Positions 1 through 15,400 of a DNA stretch of 64,000 bases are shown here, piece by piece. The number at the start of each line of letters is the position of its first letter. The stretch's first letter is position 1. Under the pieces are notes generated by a model that made no database searches, was not told where the DNA came from, and saw nothing but the letters and a program-made list of their open reading frames with translations. Source of the stretch: Eledone cirrhosa (taxonomy: Eukaryota); NCBI GenBank assembly GCA_964016885.1, contig OZ024743.1:212412001-212476000 (forward strand), read 5' to 3'. The translations under genes and the position numbers were made by a program.

Positions 1-359
1 CTTCCGCCAGGTCAAACCAGCTATACTAACACTTACAATAACAATAACAACATTCATTTCCTGTTAAATCCGTACCGAATATATAAAATCTACCGAAAAA
101 TATTAATATGAATTATATATATGCTTCTAGCAATTTATGGTTTATCTTGAATAACTCATTAGAAATATATATATAATTTTCTATGAATAGATTGTTTTCC
201 TTATAAATAAATGTAATTTATGTGTTTTTTCTGCTTGTCATCTATATGTAATAGATTTGCTGCTGTCTAGTTCATGTCCGCTTCTATTTTGATGTCAACA
301 ACGTAATCGTTTTCTTAAGATTAGTTGACTTTTTCGTCAATTACTGGAGAATATTCACC

Positions 360-441
360 ATGTTGTGGTCCGAAGATTCGATAGCGAAAGCGATACAAGT
401 ATCAAAAAATAGAAAATGTATCTTCCTGGTCTATGTATTCG
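360..441 (+). CDS. UBXN4: UBXN4 exon 1
   Basis: ATG at 360; MLWSEDSIAKAIQVSKNRKCIFLVYVF-G; donor G|GTATGT, phase 1. Confidence 0.93.
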
Positions 442-3400
442 GTATGTATAGATCAATCAATCTAAATCTTGTCTGTTTTACACGTCCTTCTGTCCTATTC
501 TTCAAACGCAATTCATTTCCTATACTTTATATTTATCTACAGCAGTATTTCAACGAATTACAGTCTAGATATTTTTTTAAATATCTATTTAGCAACGAAT
601 TTGATCTGTGTGTTTTAAAGTATATTGTTGCGTTTTTTTTTTTTTTTTTGTTAAGTCATAATGATTTAAAGCAGCATATTCTATCGATAGGTAGATTTTT
701 ATTATTTTATATATTAAACATTTTAAACTGCAGCAGGATTTTTTTTATTCAGAACGAAGAAAGACGAAATTAAATACAATTTTAATATCTTGTCTATCTG
801 GCTCGATTTATAATATTTTTTATTGTATGTAAATAGTATCGAGGTATTATTTCGTTATATATCTACCTTCACTGATAACGTCACTCATTTTTTTAAATGA
901 AAAAATAGTTTACAAATTACGAATTGGTCCAAATATCATAAATCTCTTGAATAACCACCAACTTAGCTGTTGTTTTTCACAGCAATTGAACTTATGAAAC
1001 TCTTTAATAAACCTTTTATATTAACTAACTGTTGCTGATACATATTGGCCAGTTTACTAGGATTTACGACTTTACTCTAATTAGCACTTTTATTTTTGTT
1101 CTAATTCTTTACATCTCATGCACATCCTGATCCGAATCAAATCATATCTATCTTAATACGTTTAGAAAAATATATTTTCCACTGTGACGTCATGTACAGC
1201 TCAACTGTAGATAATTAAAACAACACAACTTTGAATTTGTTATTTCGACTTGATCAAACTAGAAAACCTAGCATTTGACATTTGATTCGTTGGTAGGTTA
1301 TTATGTTGCTGAAACAAATATTTAACTTCTCCGTCTCACAAATTATTTGTGTCACTCTGGCAGCTTTAAAATATATGTTATAAAGCTAGAAGCCTGACCT
1401 GATTTCACACGTATAAACGCAATCACATCCAACATTTAATTCTTGAAAACATATCTCATTTTGATACACTTGTCCCTCTTTTAATTTGCAAATTCTCTTA
1501 TCGAACTGATTTGACCATTTTATATTTATTGAAAGACGTTGGTAATTCATGCCAATTATTTCACCTGTTACGTTGTCCTATTTAACTGACACTGGATCAA
1601 CCTAAGATTCAATCGATCATCATATAATTCAACAAGTGAAAATAAATAAAGACATTCAACAACTGCCATTTTGCTGGCTGTGTATATTTATGGAAACAAC
1701 AAGCGAGCCAGCAAAGTCGCTTGGCATGTTAAATATAACAACCTCATCTTCCTCAAATCACACTCTACCGTCTTTAAAAGGAAGGTCGACGCATTAAATA
1801 ATTATTTCTACTTTAGGCACAAGGCCAACAATTTGGAGGGGGGGGGGGGTCGATTAAATCCACCCCAGTGTGTTATTGATGGTTTATTTATCGACCCCAA
1901 ATAATATAGTCCAAGATAACTCTAAAAAGACTGGATGGCTATGACTCGAATATTTTTGATCATAGATCTACACGTTTATAACCAATATAAGGCTAAACAA
2001 CATTAGGATCTCCGAGTTACTTGTAAATTATAGTTTCGTTATCAATAATTATTGATAACATGTGGCTGAGTTTCACTCACCACTATAAATATTGGGCGAA
2101 ACTCAGAAAAGAGCAACCACGAAACATCTCATGAAGATACCATTTCCTCCCTTTTTTTTTCTTAGTTATATAACTGATATATATTTACTGCCTGCAAAAT
2201 GGTTGACGTTAGAAAGGGTAAACCAAGCTAGAAAAAAGTAGAGAGGACTCTTCAATCACGGTTAGGACATTACAATCTCCTTAATCCTGGTGCCATGATG
2301 AAATGCTTACAGTAGACTCTGTAAAGAGGTTGGCATTATGAAGGGCCTCCAACTGCCCCCCCCCCCCCCCAAAAAAAAAAGAATATATTGATAGAGATGT
2401 GATTCCCTTGGCTCATCTAGGAGGACATTAGTTACAATTAAATATTAACTTGGTCTTATAATGCCAATATGCCTTACTAAAGATAAAATGATTTTTGGCA
2501 ATGGTTGCTGAAAGGTTTATGGAATCATTCTTTCAATTATAGAATAACCAAATGAAATAATTGTTTCCTCTTTTGGCACAAGGCCATCAATTACCCAGTA
2601 CATTACTGGTACTTTATTTTATCGACCCCGTAAGGATCAAAGTTAACCTCGGCGGGATTTGAACTCAGACCGTAAAAGGACGTAACTATGGTGGAAAGCA
2701 TGGCGTCCGACTCTCTACCGACACTGCCAATCCATGAAATAATTATTTCTGATTTGAGCACAAGGCCAGTAATTTGGGGGGAGGGGAAAGTAGATTAAAT
2801 CGGCCCCAGTGTGTTACTGGTGTTTCATTTTATCGACCCCGTAAGATGAAAGGCAAAGCTAACCTCGTGCGGGATATGAACTCAGAACGTAAAGGGCCGT
2901 AACTCTCTGCCACAAAGCAGGGTGTTCAACGCTCTACTGATACTGCCAATCCAAATGCTATAGTATTCTTACATTTTCTATGATAAAAGTGTGTGTAGCA
3001 GCAGAATAGTCCTAAATTTGACTGCAGTACGGCTCTGTGGATCTCAACTGAACTCCACTATTATGGACTAGTTAGAATGTCTAAGGAAAAAATTTGGCAA
3101 ATTTTACAGGCAAAGCAAAGCAATCGGTAGGAGATCCAAGGGTAGACCACTAGCAGATGATTGGACAACATCCATGAGCTTGGCTGGTTTTGCTTGGGGA
3201 AATGGTTGTTCCTGATAGGGTCGAAGAAGAATAGTAATTTGAAAAGTATATTTTAGTAATGTGTTTGCATGTTATTTTGTTTCAATAATTTAGTTGAAAA
3301 CAGAAACAAAGATCTATCTTCCCTCTCTCACACAAATTTTATTCACCTTGATAGCTGTTTAAAAAAAATCTTGTAATATTTTCTCATTATCAGATTTTGA

Positions 3401-6400
3401 AATTCTGCCTTTTTACTTTAGTGTGAGTGCCTTTAAATATCCAACTGACTTAAAGAAGTGGCATGGTCATGGGTGTATGAAAGAAAAGTTTTGGGATCCT
3501 TTTTCTCAAAATCCAAGTTGCCTGTTTACAAAGCTATTGTAGTGGTCAACCAACTGTCCTTAGAAAGTCCTACTAAATGATTTACATGTATGTATCTGAT
3601 CATATTGTAGTTAATTGATTTAACTTTGGATTGTTTAACCCTTTAGCATTTACATTACTCTATATATACTATTATATTTTTACGGTAAAGGCTTTACCTC
3701 ACATAATATCGAATCTATGAGATTTTGATATTATTTATTTTGGGAACAATACCTTAACATCAGTATGAGCGGCCAATTACGGCTGGTTTGAACAGAAAGA
3801 GGTGAGAGAATTCTAGCCGGATATGACTAGATTAAAAGGTTAAGAGTTTAATATAAAGTTATGTCTAATTTCAGATGGAGTTTTATCCATATTTCCTTAC
3901 TTTAGAAATATTCCTGTTTGGGATTCCCACTTTCTCTATAATTTTCCTGTAGAGAAATTCATCTAGGAACATCATCATCATCATTGTTTAACGTCCATTT
4001 CCACGCTAGCATGGGTTAGATGCGTTGTTCCATTTGAGGCAAGTTGGGTAAAGGGACCATGTCTTGCTCATACAGAACTGTTTCTAGTTTGATTTCTATA
4101 GTTAGATGTCCTTCCTAATGCCAACCACATTTACAGTGTGTGCTGGGTGCTTTTTGTTGCAACACCTACACGACCACTTTACAGTGTGGGCTGGGTGCTT
4201 TTTGCTGTGGCACAACATTTCTCAGGTGAGATCCCAATGCAGTACTGCACCCAAGTTTAGGACTATGCAGATGGTACACACAGAAATTCTGGACTGCATA
4301 CAAAGAAAATTCATCTAACAGATTGGCATGCTATTGTCCATTGGCATACTCCAACTTCTGACTCACAGACTTGCTGTCTCCTCTCTCTGTCCTTTCTATA
4401 ACTATTTCAGTGACCTCTGCTAATTAAGGTTGGATGGTCTTATGCCACCTCTACTTAATTACTTCCAACTTACTAATTACCTTCGACTAAACACTACACA
4501 CAATTCTTTCTTCCCAGAATGTCATTCCTCTGGAATTCTTCGCCTGCATTTTTTCCTGCAGTTATCGACAACTGTTCAAGATCAACTTTAAACACGATAC
4601 ATCCTACAACCTTTCACAGTTTCCATCAACTAGGTTTTACTCAAAATGTTTGGGAAAGCCTAAGTTATAGTGGAAGACACTTATATAAGGTGCTGTTCAG
4701 TGCAATCAAACCCTAAATTACATAGTTGCACAGTGAAATTCTTAATCCCACAGCTATACCAGAATGAATTTTAATAGCTTGAAACATTTTCTTGCTCTAT
4801 ACCACTCCATTTATATCTATTTTGTGCTCCTGTAAATTCTTTCAAGTGCTCAAGAAAAGCTCCCTGATAGTAGTTGAATGTATTTGTTACCTAGGTGACA
4901 TAATTAGCAGTGGCGGAGGGTGTTGGGAATGGAGTGAAAAGGTTAAGGGAGCTATTTATTATATCTGCTAGCAACAAAGGGATTTATTTGTTTTTGTACA
5001 AAATATGATGTTACATGGTAGCAAAGGGGATGTATGAAGGCTAGAAACAAATGAGGTAAGCATGCTCTGTTGGATTTGTAATGATGTGGTTATGGTTGGG
5101 AATGACCTATTTCTGTTCTATATGATTGTCAATGCAAGTGACTAGTGTACCTAGTACTTCAATATATATTTTTAGCACCTCAATGATCACTTAATAGTTC
5201 AACTGCTTTCACTGCCTTTATATCTTTAGGGTCATTTCTACTGCATAGCTGTTAATTTCAATAACTGAAACCTTCTACTTGGTATAATCTCTCTTCCCCA
5301 TGCATTATCCTCATTTAGCAACTACTTGTAGTTGCAGTTCCAAGCCTCCTTATTTACAGCATCATGAGGCTGGTTCACTATCATTATGGACACATTTTTC
5401 CCCAATGATGTCAAAGACACAACAGCCTCTCTAGTGTTGGTGATCTACATGATAAACACACCCAGTACACGCTGTAAAGTGGTTAGTGATAGGAAGGGCA
5501 TCCAGTCGTAGAAAGCCTACCAAACAAAGGGTTGGGAGGACCCTTTAGTTGTGTCAAAAGACACAACAACTTCTCTGGACTCGATGTAACTGTATATAAG
5601 AGGGCTAAAGACCCTTGGCCTGTCTGGGAGGTCTGTAGACCTGTCCAACTCTTGCTAGCAGGGAAAGCGGACTTTAAATGATGATGATGATCTAATTCAC
5701 AATCTAAAGCACCTCTGCCACTGATCCATACCTTTCAGAACATTGGTAAACATCTTACTTTCCACTTCTCTCCTTTCTTAGGAGACTAACTGGTATTGTT
5801 CCTTGATGGTATTTCTTTCTTCCATTCTTTCCAGTTTTCATAGCTTTTATCACTATCTGCTATACCATTTCACCTCTGTCTGATTGGAACCTTATTCCAT
5901 CCACAGATCTGGTAGAAACTCCAGTTATCTTGATCTTTCGGTTTCTATTCCTTCTTTTGCCAGATTGCACCTGTTTAAATTAGTCTGATGTCACTACCAC
6001 TAGTCTATGTTGAGTAGTATATATTCTTCAATGGGGAAAGACTTAATATTCACAACTATCTATCTATACTGTTTTTGGTGAGCATGAAGTCCATCTGATT
6101 TGTATGCTCATCAACGATATTCTTACTCCACAAACTCCAGCACTATTATCCACCCTGAAAATTTATAACTGCATTTCTTGCCTATGATAATTCTAGTCAG
6201 CACCCCTCTCGCCCCCCTCTATATTGCACCTTGTAAATAGCACATATCTATTTATCTCTGCTTTAGCACCATTACAATTTCTTTAGACCTACCTTTTATT
6301 TGGCCACCATTGATAGTGGCAGCACCAATGCTTTTTCAGCTGACAGGGAATGAGTTTCTGGTGTGTTTGGATTGTTTGATGTCTATTTTCTACATCTGAA

Positions 6401-9400
6401 AGGCAGAGAGTTGGTGTGATCATTTAATTACAGTTGAGGGTGTTCTCACACATAGCCAGATGCAATAAAATATTTTAATTTCAAAAGTCAAGAAGGTCCA
6501 AATTTCAAATACTTATTAACTCTTAGAACCATCAGAACTTCTTTGCCCACTGAATCTTGGGAGGGTCGTGGGGGCAGAGTCATCACACACTCCTTCCAGC
6601 GGGTCCTGTCAGAGTTACCAAACAAAATAGTAAACTGAGCCTTTCAAGTTTTAAGACTCTTTAATTTGTTTTTTTATTTGGTGGTTTGGATTGTCATCAA
6701 TTGTCTTGGGATAATACTTGTAATTACTTTGTTTCATTGTGGAAGAATTAGAAACTAGTCTAAGTTGGACAAGAACTTCATCTTGTAGTTACAACCCATA
6801 CTAACATAGGTTTAGCTGGCCTCTTAGGAGGTTGCATCTCTTGGATGTTTTAATGATAGGAGCTTCAGTCTGTGGTATAGTTAGAGTTTCTATTGCCTGT
6901 AGCAGTCTTGGAGCCCCCCCCCCCCCCCCCCCCCCCCCCACATGAAAAAAATACAGCACATACAAATTCCACTCAAGGCAGACTGCCCCCTGTGCATCCA
7001 CGCCCAGCTACACTACAGGCTCCAGTCCTGTCATAAAGATCTTAAATTTGTCGCTTTGAAATTCCTTCTGCTACTTGGTTAAAATTGTCTGCATTGATTC
7101 ATAATCATGAGGTTGCGAGTACGATTTCCCAGTCCTTGAGCAAGACATTTTATTTCACATTGCTCTTTCTGCCAGGAGATAATATCAGCAAAGGAAAGAC
7201 CAATGGAAACATTGTTTCCTTGGTCTGATTTAATGTGTTTCACTTCACTTGGTAAGTGCATGAGGTCTGGGATCTTGTCAATTGACTTTTAATCATCATC
7301 ATAATATATAAACACTTTTATTTATTATCTATTCATGGACTTAAGGACATTTTAAATATTTATAAATGTTTTTATTTTTCAGTTTCTTACTAATTAAAAA
7401 CAAAATTACAACTTCATATTATTTTATTTTGTTGATAGGAGAAGATGAATTATCTAAGAAGATGGACGAAACTTTGGCACATGAAGCTGTGTCAGATATG
7501 TGTAAAGATTTTGTTGCTGTAAAAATTAAATCTCAAAGGTATCAAATGCTTCATTTTCTCAAATTGGATGCAATATTTTAGCACTTTTTCATTGTTGCTG
7601 TTTCAAGGCATTGGGAAGTGACATGCAGCGATCTCATTCTCTGCCTTCAACCTTATCACTATGGTCACAAACCTGGGCTCCACTGCCTACAGTGCGGAAT
7701 GGAGAAAGCTAGTCAAATACTGGGGCCTGACCAACTACTTTCTCTTTGCACTAGTCTCTGTCAAGACCTCTAGTTTCCTCGGCTCCTGCACTGCTGATTT
7801 CCTCCGTAAAGTTGGAAAGATGGCAGCCATTCCCCGTGATAACACTTTTGCTGTTTTGTCCATGGGGCACGGCTGAAGCACTGCTTAGGCTGGGGGGTTG
7901 TGACTGTCCCTTTCCCTCTCCCTCGTTGCTTGACCCTTCTTTCTTTTTCTCCTTCCTTTTCTGTTCTCTTTAATAGAGTGTTTGATTTTCTAAGATATTG
8001 TTCAATATCTACTTGTATTTTACATTGCTTATTGATGTTGTTTTAAGTTAAAGTATGATTATTTATTAACAAACTAATATCTTGTATTCTCATTTTAGAT
8101 AGATTTTTATAATTAATGATTTTTATTTTTTACATTTCAGTGATATATGCCAGCAATTTTCACAGATTTGTATCCTTTGTTTAAATACTTTTTATTGAGA
8201 AATTGAACTTATATTCAGTAAATGTGATTTCAATATTTATGCTACCCATTAAAAAAAGGAATTTGAAATAGCGAATGAGGAATCCTCTAGATGGTTTCTT
8301 AATCCTTTTACTCTATAGTCTGTTGTGAGCCTGAAGTCTCATCAGATTGGTGATCATCCCGGTTTCTGTGGCGTGAAGCGACTGAGAATACAAGTCTACC
8401 CACTGGACAGGACACCAATCTATCACAGGGTTAAAGCCCCAGCTATTGCTGGTACTCATTTTCAGCTGAGTATACTGGAGCAAAGTGAAATGAAGTGTTT
8501 TGCTCAAGAACACAGCACACAACCAAGTCCAGGAATTGAACCTATGACATTATAAGTTCATTGCCCTTACCAATAGGCCATGCTCCTCCACATAATCCTT
8601 TCATTACCATAATTCAAATGAAAGACTATGATTTTCAAATAAATTTAAAAATAAAAAAAAAAAATTATATAACTAATTTCCTCATTATCAAGCAGGTGTT
8701 TGGAACTTAACAAAGATTCGTACATGAAATTATGATGAAATTTCAGTTTAACCCTTTAGCATTCGCATTAATATTCAAATGTCATGCTTATCTGTTCGCA
8801 TTATTTTGAGTTAATCATACTCAAGAGGGTTATCAATTTTATTTGTTTGTAATTTTCTTAATTTTCTATGTGCAGGCTTGAAATTTTGTCAGTAGATGTT
8901 TAAATATCAATAATTTACAATTATATAATTTTACCTGATTTTTTTTGGTCAAATTTGACTTTTATCAGCAGGTGAAATTAATTAATAGGGGCATTTGAAG
9001 TATCAACAAGGTGCAAATACTGGTTTAATTTTAAATACGTTGTTTTCGGCATAATACTTGAAATATAAGGATCATTAAACCTTATATCAGTGCTCCAGTA
9101 ATTCCACAGTCTTGGAAATTGTTTTATACCGAACATAATATTTACGGTAAAAAATGCTTGCATTTCCGCAGCATCTGTCGGTCGCCAAACAGATCGGATT
9201 TTCTTCGATTTGAAATCTGTTGTTGGGCATATCGATTAATCTCTTCTGCTACAACTTCGAAGAAAGTTTGTGGTAAAAACAAAAAGAAATAATCCAGTGC
9301 TTTAGCATCGGGAGCTAATGTGTGTTGAATAAAATCGGGAACATATATTGGTGTGGTATTTTTCAACCACGTTGCTGTAATATTTTCAATGGCGTCCTGG

Positions 9401-12400
9401 AGATCTCCTTCGTTTTCACTTTCAAAACAACAATCATCATCATCATCACCATCATCATCATCAACGTTTAACGTCCGTGTTCCACGCTTGCATGGGTTTG
9501 GACGGGGGTAGTCCCACTTGAGGCAAGAGTGATTGTCTTGCTCGCATAGGACTGTCTGGCAGGTTTTCTACAGTTGGATGCCCTTCCTAACACCAACCAC
9601 ATTTACAGTGTGGGTCTGGGAGGTTTTTACCGTGTTGCCTACACGGCCACATTACAGCGTGGACTGTGTGTTTTTTTGTCGTGACACCTACACGATCTCA
9701 TTTGTTTCGGCCTGGATGGCGCGGCACTAACATAACTTTACATAGAACGGGGTGGGGGTGGTGGTGGTGGGACGGGGTGTATTTTGTTAGAGATGCCTAC
9801 TGGCTGGAGTAGGTTTTACTATATATTTAGGTAAGGCGGGTCTTCTCTGTTACTGAGTACCGCCAAAGGTCTCGGTCCAGTGACATTGTCTTGGAGAGGT
9901 GTAAGTGTGTGAGGTCGGAGTTTATCAGCTCGTCCCAGGTTTTTCTGGGTCTGCCTATTCCGTGGCTACCGTCTATCTTTATTGCCCTGCACTTTGTTAT
10001 ACAGCTATCGACTTTCATGCGCATCACGTGTCCATACCAACGTAGCCTTCTCTCGAGTAAACAACATCTGATCCCTCTTATCTCTAATTTTTTCCTTAGT
10101 TCGTTTATGCTTTGCCGTTCACGTATATTACTGTTACACATCCAGCGGAGCATGCAAGCTTCGTTCCTCTCTAGTCTGCGTATATCCTCTGCACACAATG
10201 CCCAGGTCTCACTGCCATGCAACATTGCTGTTCATATGCAGGCATCGTACAACCTGCCTTTCATTTTTAGGGAGAACCCTTTAGCAGCTAATAGTGGTAT
10301 AAGCTCTCTGAACTTTTTCCAACCAGTTCTGACTCTAGCTACAGTACTTTCAGAGCACCCTCCCCCGTGGGATGAAATTTCAGAAATGTAAACATCTGAT
10401 TCATTTGAAGATAAATCACTAATATTATTTTTTGTTTCTTGTTCATTCTGAATGTCGTCGTGTGTAAAACCTTCAAAGTGGGTATTGCTACTTTCACAAG
10501 CCATGTTGATACACAAAAAATTTTTTATACTTTCAACGTTAAAAAAACACGTTGTTTTAAATTGTTTCACTATATTAAGTATTAATTTTCGTGGTAAGGG
10601 CCTAATCTCGCAGTAATCTTGAATTGACAAAATGTTGATGATGGTTTGTTTATTTTAGAACGATATTTTAGTGTGGGTGTTATCGGCCGGTTTTGGGCGG
10701 TTTGAACACTAAAGGGTTAAGCTATTGACAGTAGATTTTTTCTCTTTACCATCATCATCATGGTTGTTGCTGTAGTTCTCGTCTTTATTGTCATTAGCAA
10801 TGAAATTGTGTGCTGGTTGTTGTCTTTGACTTATTTTCTTAGATCCAGTAGTTGTTGTGCCATCAGTATTTTTCATTGGTTTAAATGGTTTACCAATTGA
10901 GATCACACCAGGCCACCTAGGTCCAGAGGAGTTTAAACAAAAAACTGAAGAAGTCCTGAAAGTGAGTTGACTATTATTATACATTTGTTTTAATTATTGC
11001 AGTTATTTAGTTATTGACAGAAAAAGTACAAGGGTTGGCTGAAAAGTTTACAGGCTGGTCAAGATACTCTCATGAAATGACCAGATGAGGTTTGAAAAAA
11101 TTGATACCTAGCTTTGTGACTAAGTTACCTGGGGATGACTCTTGTCTTATTCATTGTGAGGTTTTTCTTTACAATCTATAAAAACGTGAGCTAAACTTTG
11201 ATCTGCAAGTTACCATGTATACTCGAATACAAGCTCTCCCCCCACCCCTATTTTATGTCTGAGAAATAGGCAAAAATCCAAACCCTGTTTATAAACCAAG
11301 GCAGCTAATCAACACCTTGTTTAGATGGTGTATATAAGCCAACCTCCCATTTTACTATTGATATTTTGGTCACATATTCCTCAGCTTATATTCCAGTATA
11401 TACAGTAATTCTAGCAGTTTACTATGGACCAGATTTCTCTAGGAAATGCTTCTATCATCCTACTCAAAGAATGATTTGTCTTTCATTACTAAGAAAACTA
11501 GGTTTAACTAATAGCAATATAGGTCTTTGTGGATTGTGAAAGAAATAAGTGCCTAACTTCACTTGAATCTGATCAAGTAAAACAAAATAAAAATAAGAAA
11601 TCTGTTTGTCTACACTTACAAATGTACAGTCTCTTGTAGTTCTTTTTAGTTTGTGATTTTTTCATTGCTACTATGACATCACCATTTTAACATCCATTTT
11701 TCCAAGTTAGCATGGGTTAGGTGAGTTATCCTGTTGTGAGGCAAGTCAGGTCAGATGGCTGTGTCTTGCTCATACAGAACTTTCTGGCTTGGTTTCTGTG
11801 GCTGGATGCCCTCCCTAATGCCAACCACATTTACAGTGTGAACTGGGTACTTTTTGTTGAGGCACCAACACGACCACTTTACAGTGTAGGCTGGGTGTTT
11901 TTATTGTGACAAGAAGAAACATTTTTGGAATTAATAGTGATAATAATAATAATTATAATTATTGTGTACAGTGCTCAAGTGCACTACAAGTCATCAAAGG
12001 TGCATGTATAGTACATAAAATAATGTACAAATGTCAGGAAAGTGAACAGATTCCATGCTTCAGCAACTCTGAGTGTGAAAAAATGTTTCCGAAAGTCATG
12101 GGAGCTGTGCTTTTTTCTGACTTTGTAGGCATGTCCACAGGTGTTAGACACATGGAATTCAAAAAGGTGCTCAGGGTTGTTAGCAAGATGGTTAATAATT
12201 TTGTGGGTGTTTACCAAGTCAGTTGCCAAGCCATTGAATAATATTAGTTTTTTCCCTCCACTGCATATTTATTTCTAGTTCTTCTTCTTGCTTGATGAGA
12301 CTGGGGGTCATCCTAAGGCATCAATATGTGTAGCGCCGACTAGGTAATCAATGCCCTCCATCGCTGACGGTCCCGTACCAACCAGAAGAAATGGTAGCGT

Positions 12401-15400
12401 TGGTGTCCATCAGGATGGTCGTGGTGTCATGGGGTGGGATTTGTCCTAAAACCAGTTGGAGTTGGTCATAGAAGTCATCCTTGACAGTGTCCACTGTGAT
12501 ATATGTGTAATTAATAAAAGGAGGTTTAAATATACTAATTTTAACTAAAATATAACATGTTACTTTGATCTTTTTGTTAAAATTCAATTAAAATTTGAGA
12601 CCTTTTTTTTGCTAGGTTCATGAGAGCCATTTGTTTAGTTCTACTGATATGGTTGTTGACGAAACCTCTGCAGCAACAGCAGCAACACCATCAGAAACAT
12701 TAGATACAGCACCTGAAAGTATGGAATTAGAACATACAGACCAGCCTTCAGCAGATTCTTTTCTAATTCCTACAGAAGTAGCTCCTACATCTGCTGAACC
12801 AGGTTCTTCATCTCCTGAAGCTTCTACAGCTGCAGCACAAAGTTCGTCTTCCTCTGAATCTTTGGATCACCGAGTTACATAGTAAGTTTTTATTTAAGCT
12901 TAGTTTCTTTTCTCAATGCTTTTGTTGAAGTAACATTTTCTGAGATGAATTATTGCTACAATAACTAACATATTAGAGGTACCTAGCTAAGAGTAAATTA
13001 CTCTATCTAGCATTTCTTGACCTAGAAAAGGCTTTTGACAGGGTACCCTGCTTCATAATATGGTGGACTCTTAAGAAACTAGAGGTAGAGGAATGACTTG
13101 TAAAGATGGTACAAGCTATGTACTGAGGGGCAGTCACTAAGGTTATAGTCAAAAATGAATATTGTGATGAATTTAGTGTGCAAGTGGGGGTCCAGTAGGG
13201 CCCTGTTCTCAACCCCCTTTTGTTTATTGTCCTTCAGGCTATAACAGAAGAGTTTAAGGCTAGCTGCCTATGGGAACTCTTATATGCCAATGATCTAGCT
13301 CTCATAGCTGAAACTGCAGCAGAATTAGAGAAGAAATTCCAGACATGGAAGCAAAACCTGGAATCAAAAGGCCTCAACTTAAAGACCAAAGTCCTAATAA
13401 GTAAAAAAGAAACAAGGGTCCCGATTTCTTCAGGGAGATGGCCTTGCTCAGTATGCAGGAAAGGAATTGGTAGAAATTCTATCTTATGTACAAAATGTAA
13501 GCTCTGGGCACACAAAAGATGTGGGTTTGCAGGTAGGTTAGCAAAGAATGTCTGTATGTGGCCAATGCACAGGAGCAGTAAGAAACTAGAACCAACAGGA
13601 AACAAGCCCTATCGAATACTCAAATGGTTCCCTAGAAATAGTTGACAGCTTCTACTATGTTGGGTACCAAATTAACAGTGGGAGTGGGTGTTCTGAAAGC
13701 ACAGTAGCCAGAGTGAGGATGAGCTGGAAAAGTTCAGGGAGCTACAATGTCAGAGCAAAAGGGAGAATGTTTGTTTGTGAATAGTAATGGTTCATGATAA
13801 GAGGCTTGGGCTTTGTGTTTGGAGGACATGGGGTGGTAATGTCCTTGTCACTATAATGCTTAAAATAATTTCACAGTACCATATCAACAAATATGCATTC
13901 CTACCCATGCTAGCATGGAAGGTGGACGTTAAACGATGATGATTCAGTAACAAATAATAAAGGAGCAGTCCAACCCAGACATAAAAATGATGATGATGAT
14001 TCATCCACCATAATTTATTGCTATAAGTTAAATTGTATTTCTATTAAGTCATTTCAATTACCTGATTGTCAATTAATTAATCTAATTGAGGATATTGATA
14101 TAATTAATCGTAACCTGATTATTTCTCCCTATAGCGCAAAACAGAAAATCCAAGAGAATGAAGAAAAGAAGGCAGTAAAGGAAGAAGAGGTGAGTAAATA
14201 AATATATAAATACCTTGTTTTTTTACTTCATGCATTGTTTGATAGCTTCAGGTTAGCTTTAACAAAAAGGAAGACATGGTTAGGTTAAACATCTCAGATT
14301 AGAATATCATTTTTTCATTTCATTTTATGAGCAATGAATGGGAAAAAGCGTTCATTCTAGATAAGAAATTTAATTTCCTTATATATTACAGTAAATAATT
14401 TACTTTTATATTTGAGTGACACCCTGTTTTTTTATCAACACGAGTACTTTGTAATTTTTAGATACATCAGTGACTGGCACACACTTCTTAGGTAACACTA
14501 TTGAAGCAACTCGATATCAATGACACACACTCTTTAATGTCAACTGACATTAAAGAGAAGTCACTTCTGACTTCTTATAGTTACGCTAAATGTTGTTGTT
14601 TAAGCTCCAGGTCAGCTCTGACCTAGTACACATTGAAGCCATGACCATCTCATCTCATTTTTTTAGGCATTATATATTCTATGTCTGTATTATCCAATGT
14701 ATCCTTTCTTTTTTAAAGATGGTTAGGTGTGATTTGAGGGAGATTTGACTGTTGTTTATAGCTGATCAAGAGACTACATACAGTCCTTCCTTTTGGCTTA
14801 ATACTGTATATAGCCTCAATAGTGGGTAAATTACAGTACGGTTGGACTGTTGTATTATTAGACACTTACCCCTATAGAGTGGAGAGAGCTATGTCAACAG
14901 CTTGTGCCTCATATTTAAGAAGTTAAAGCCTGAAATACTTGCTTCAAGGAGGTTTCTTCTCTGAAGACATTCCTGTTACCTTATTCTTAACAAGGTAACA
15001 GTTTCCTCAAGGAGTATTCTAATATCTAATTTTCTTTCTTTTTTTTTTAATTTTTATTCCTATACATGTGTTGGGTTGTTTTTTTATCCAATTTCTTCAT
15101 TTCTGTCTTATTTGACTTTATATTGTAAATTTTTCTGCCTTTGTTTTACTACATACTTCTTTTGTAGTTAACTACTGCACTGTTTCTTGAATATCTTACA
15201 AAAAAAAAAAAAACTTAAAATCATTCATTTAAATTCATAACATTTGTATCTTCATCTTCGGCCAGTTGGATTTAGCATGGTTGTCCAAAACACAAAAACA
15301 AAAAATGAGTGCAATTTTCCTTGGAACATTTCTTCATCATCATCATCATCGTTTAACGTCTATCTTCCACGTTAGCATGGGTTTAGATGGGAATTGTCCC

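Larger units (their letters stand above)
8170..10842 (+). other. U12-type (minor spliceosome) GT-AG intron, UBXN4 intron 3
   Basis: 5' site GTATCCTTT is the U12 consensus; branch-like TCTTTGAC (10823..10830) ends 10 nt before the terminal AG. Confidence 0.85.

Noticed and set aside
360-773. 137-aa ORF as a single-exon protein
   Set aside because: Only the first 27 codons resemble UBXN4; the rest is read-through into intron 1.
10232-10630. 132-aa ORF as a chimeric gene
   Set aside because: Fortuitous fusion across the piggyBac/RTE insertion junction.
12880-12882. TAG stop truncating UBXN4 at exon 5
   Set aside because: The G is the first base of the intron (TA|GTAAGT); splicing to exon 6 gives TAC (Tyr).
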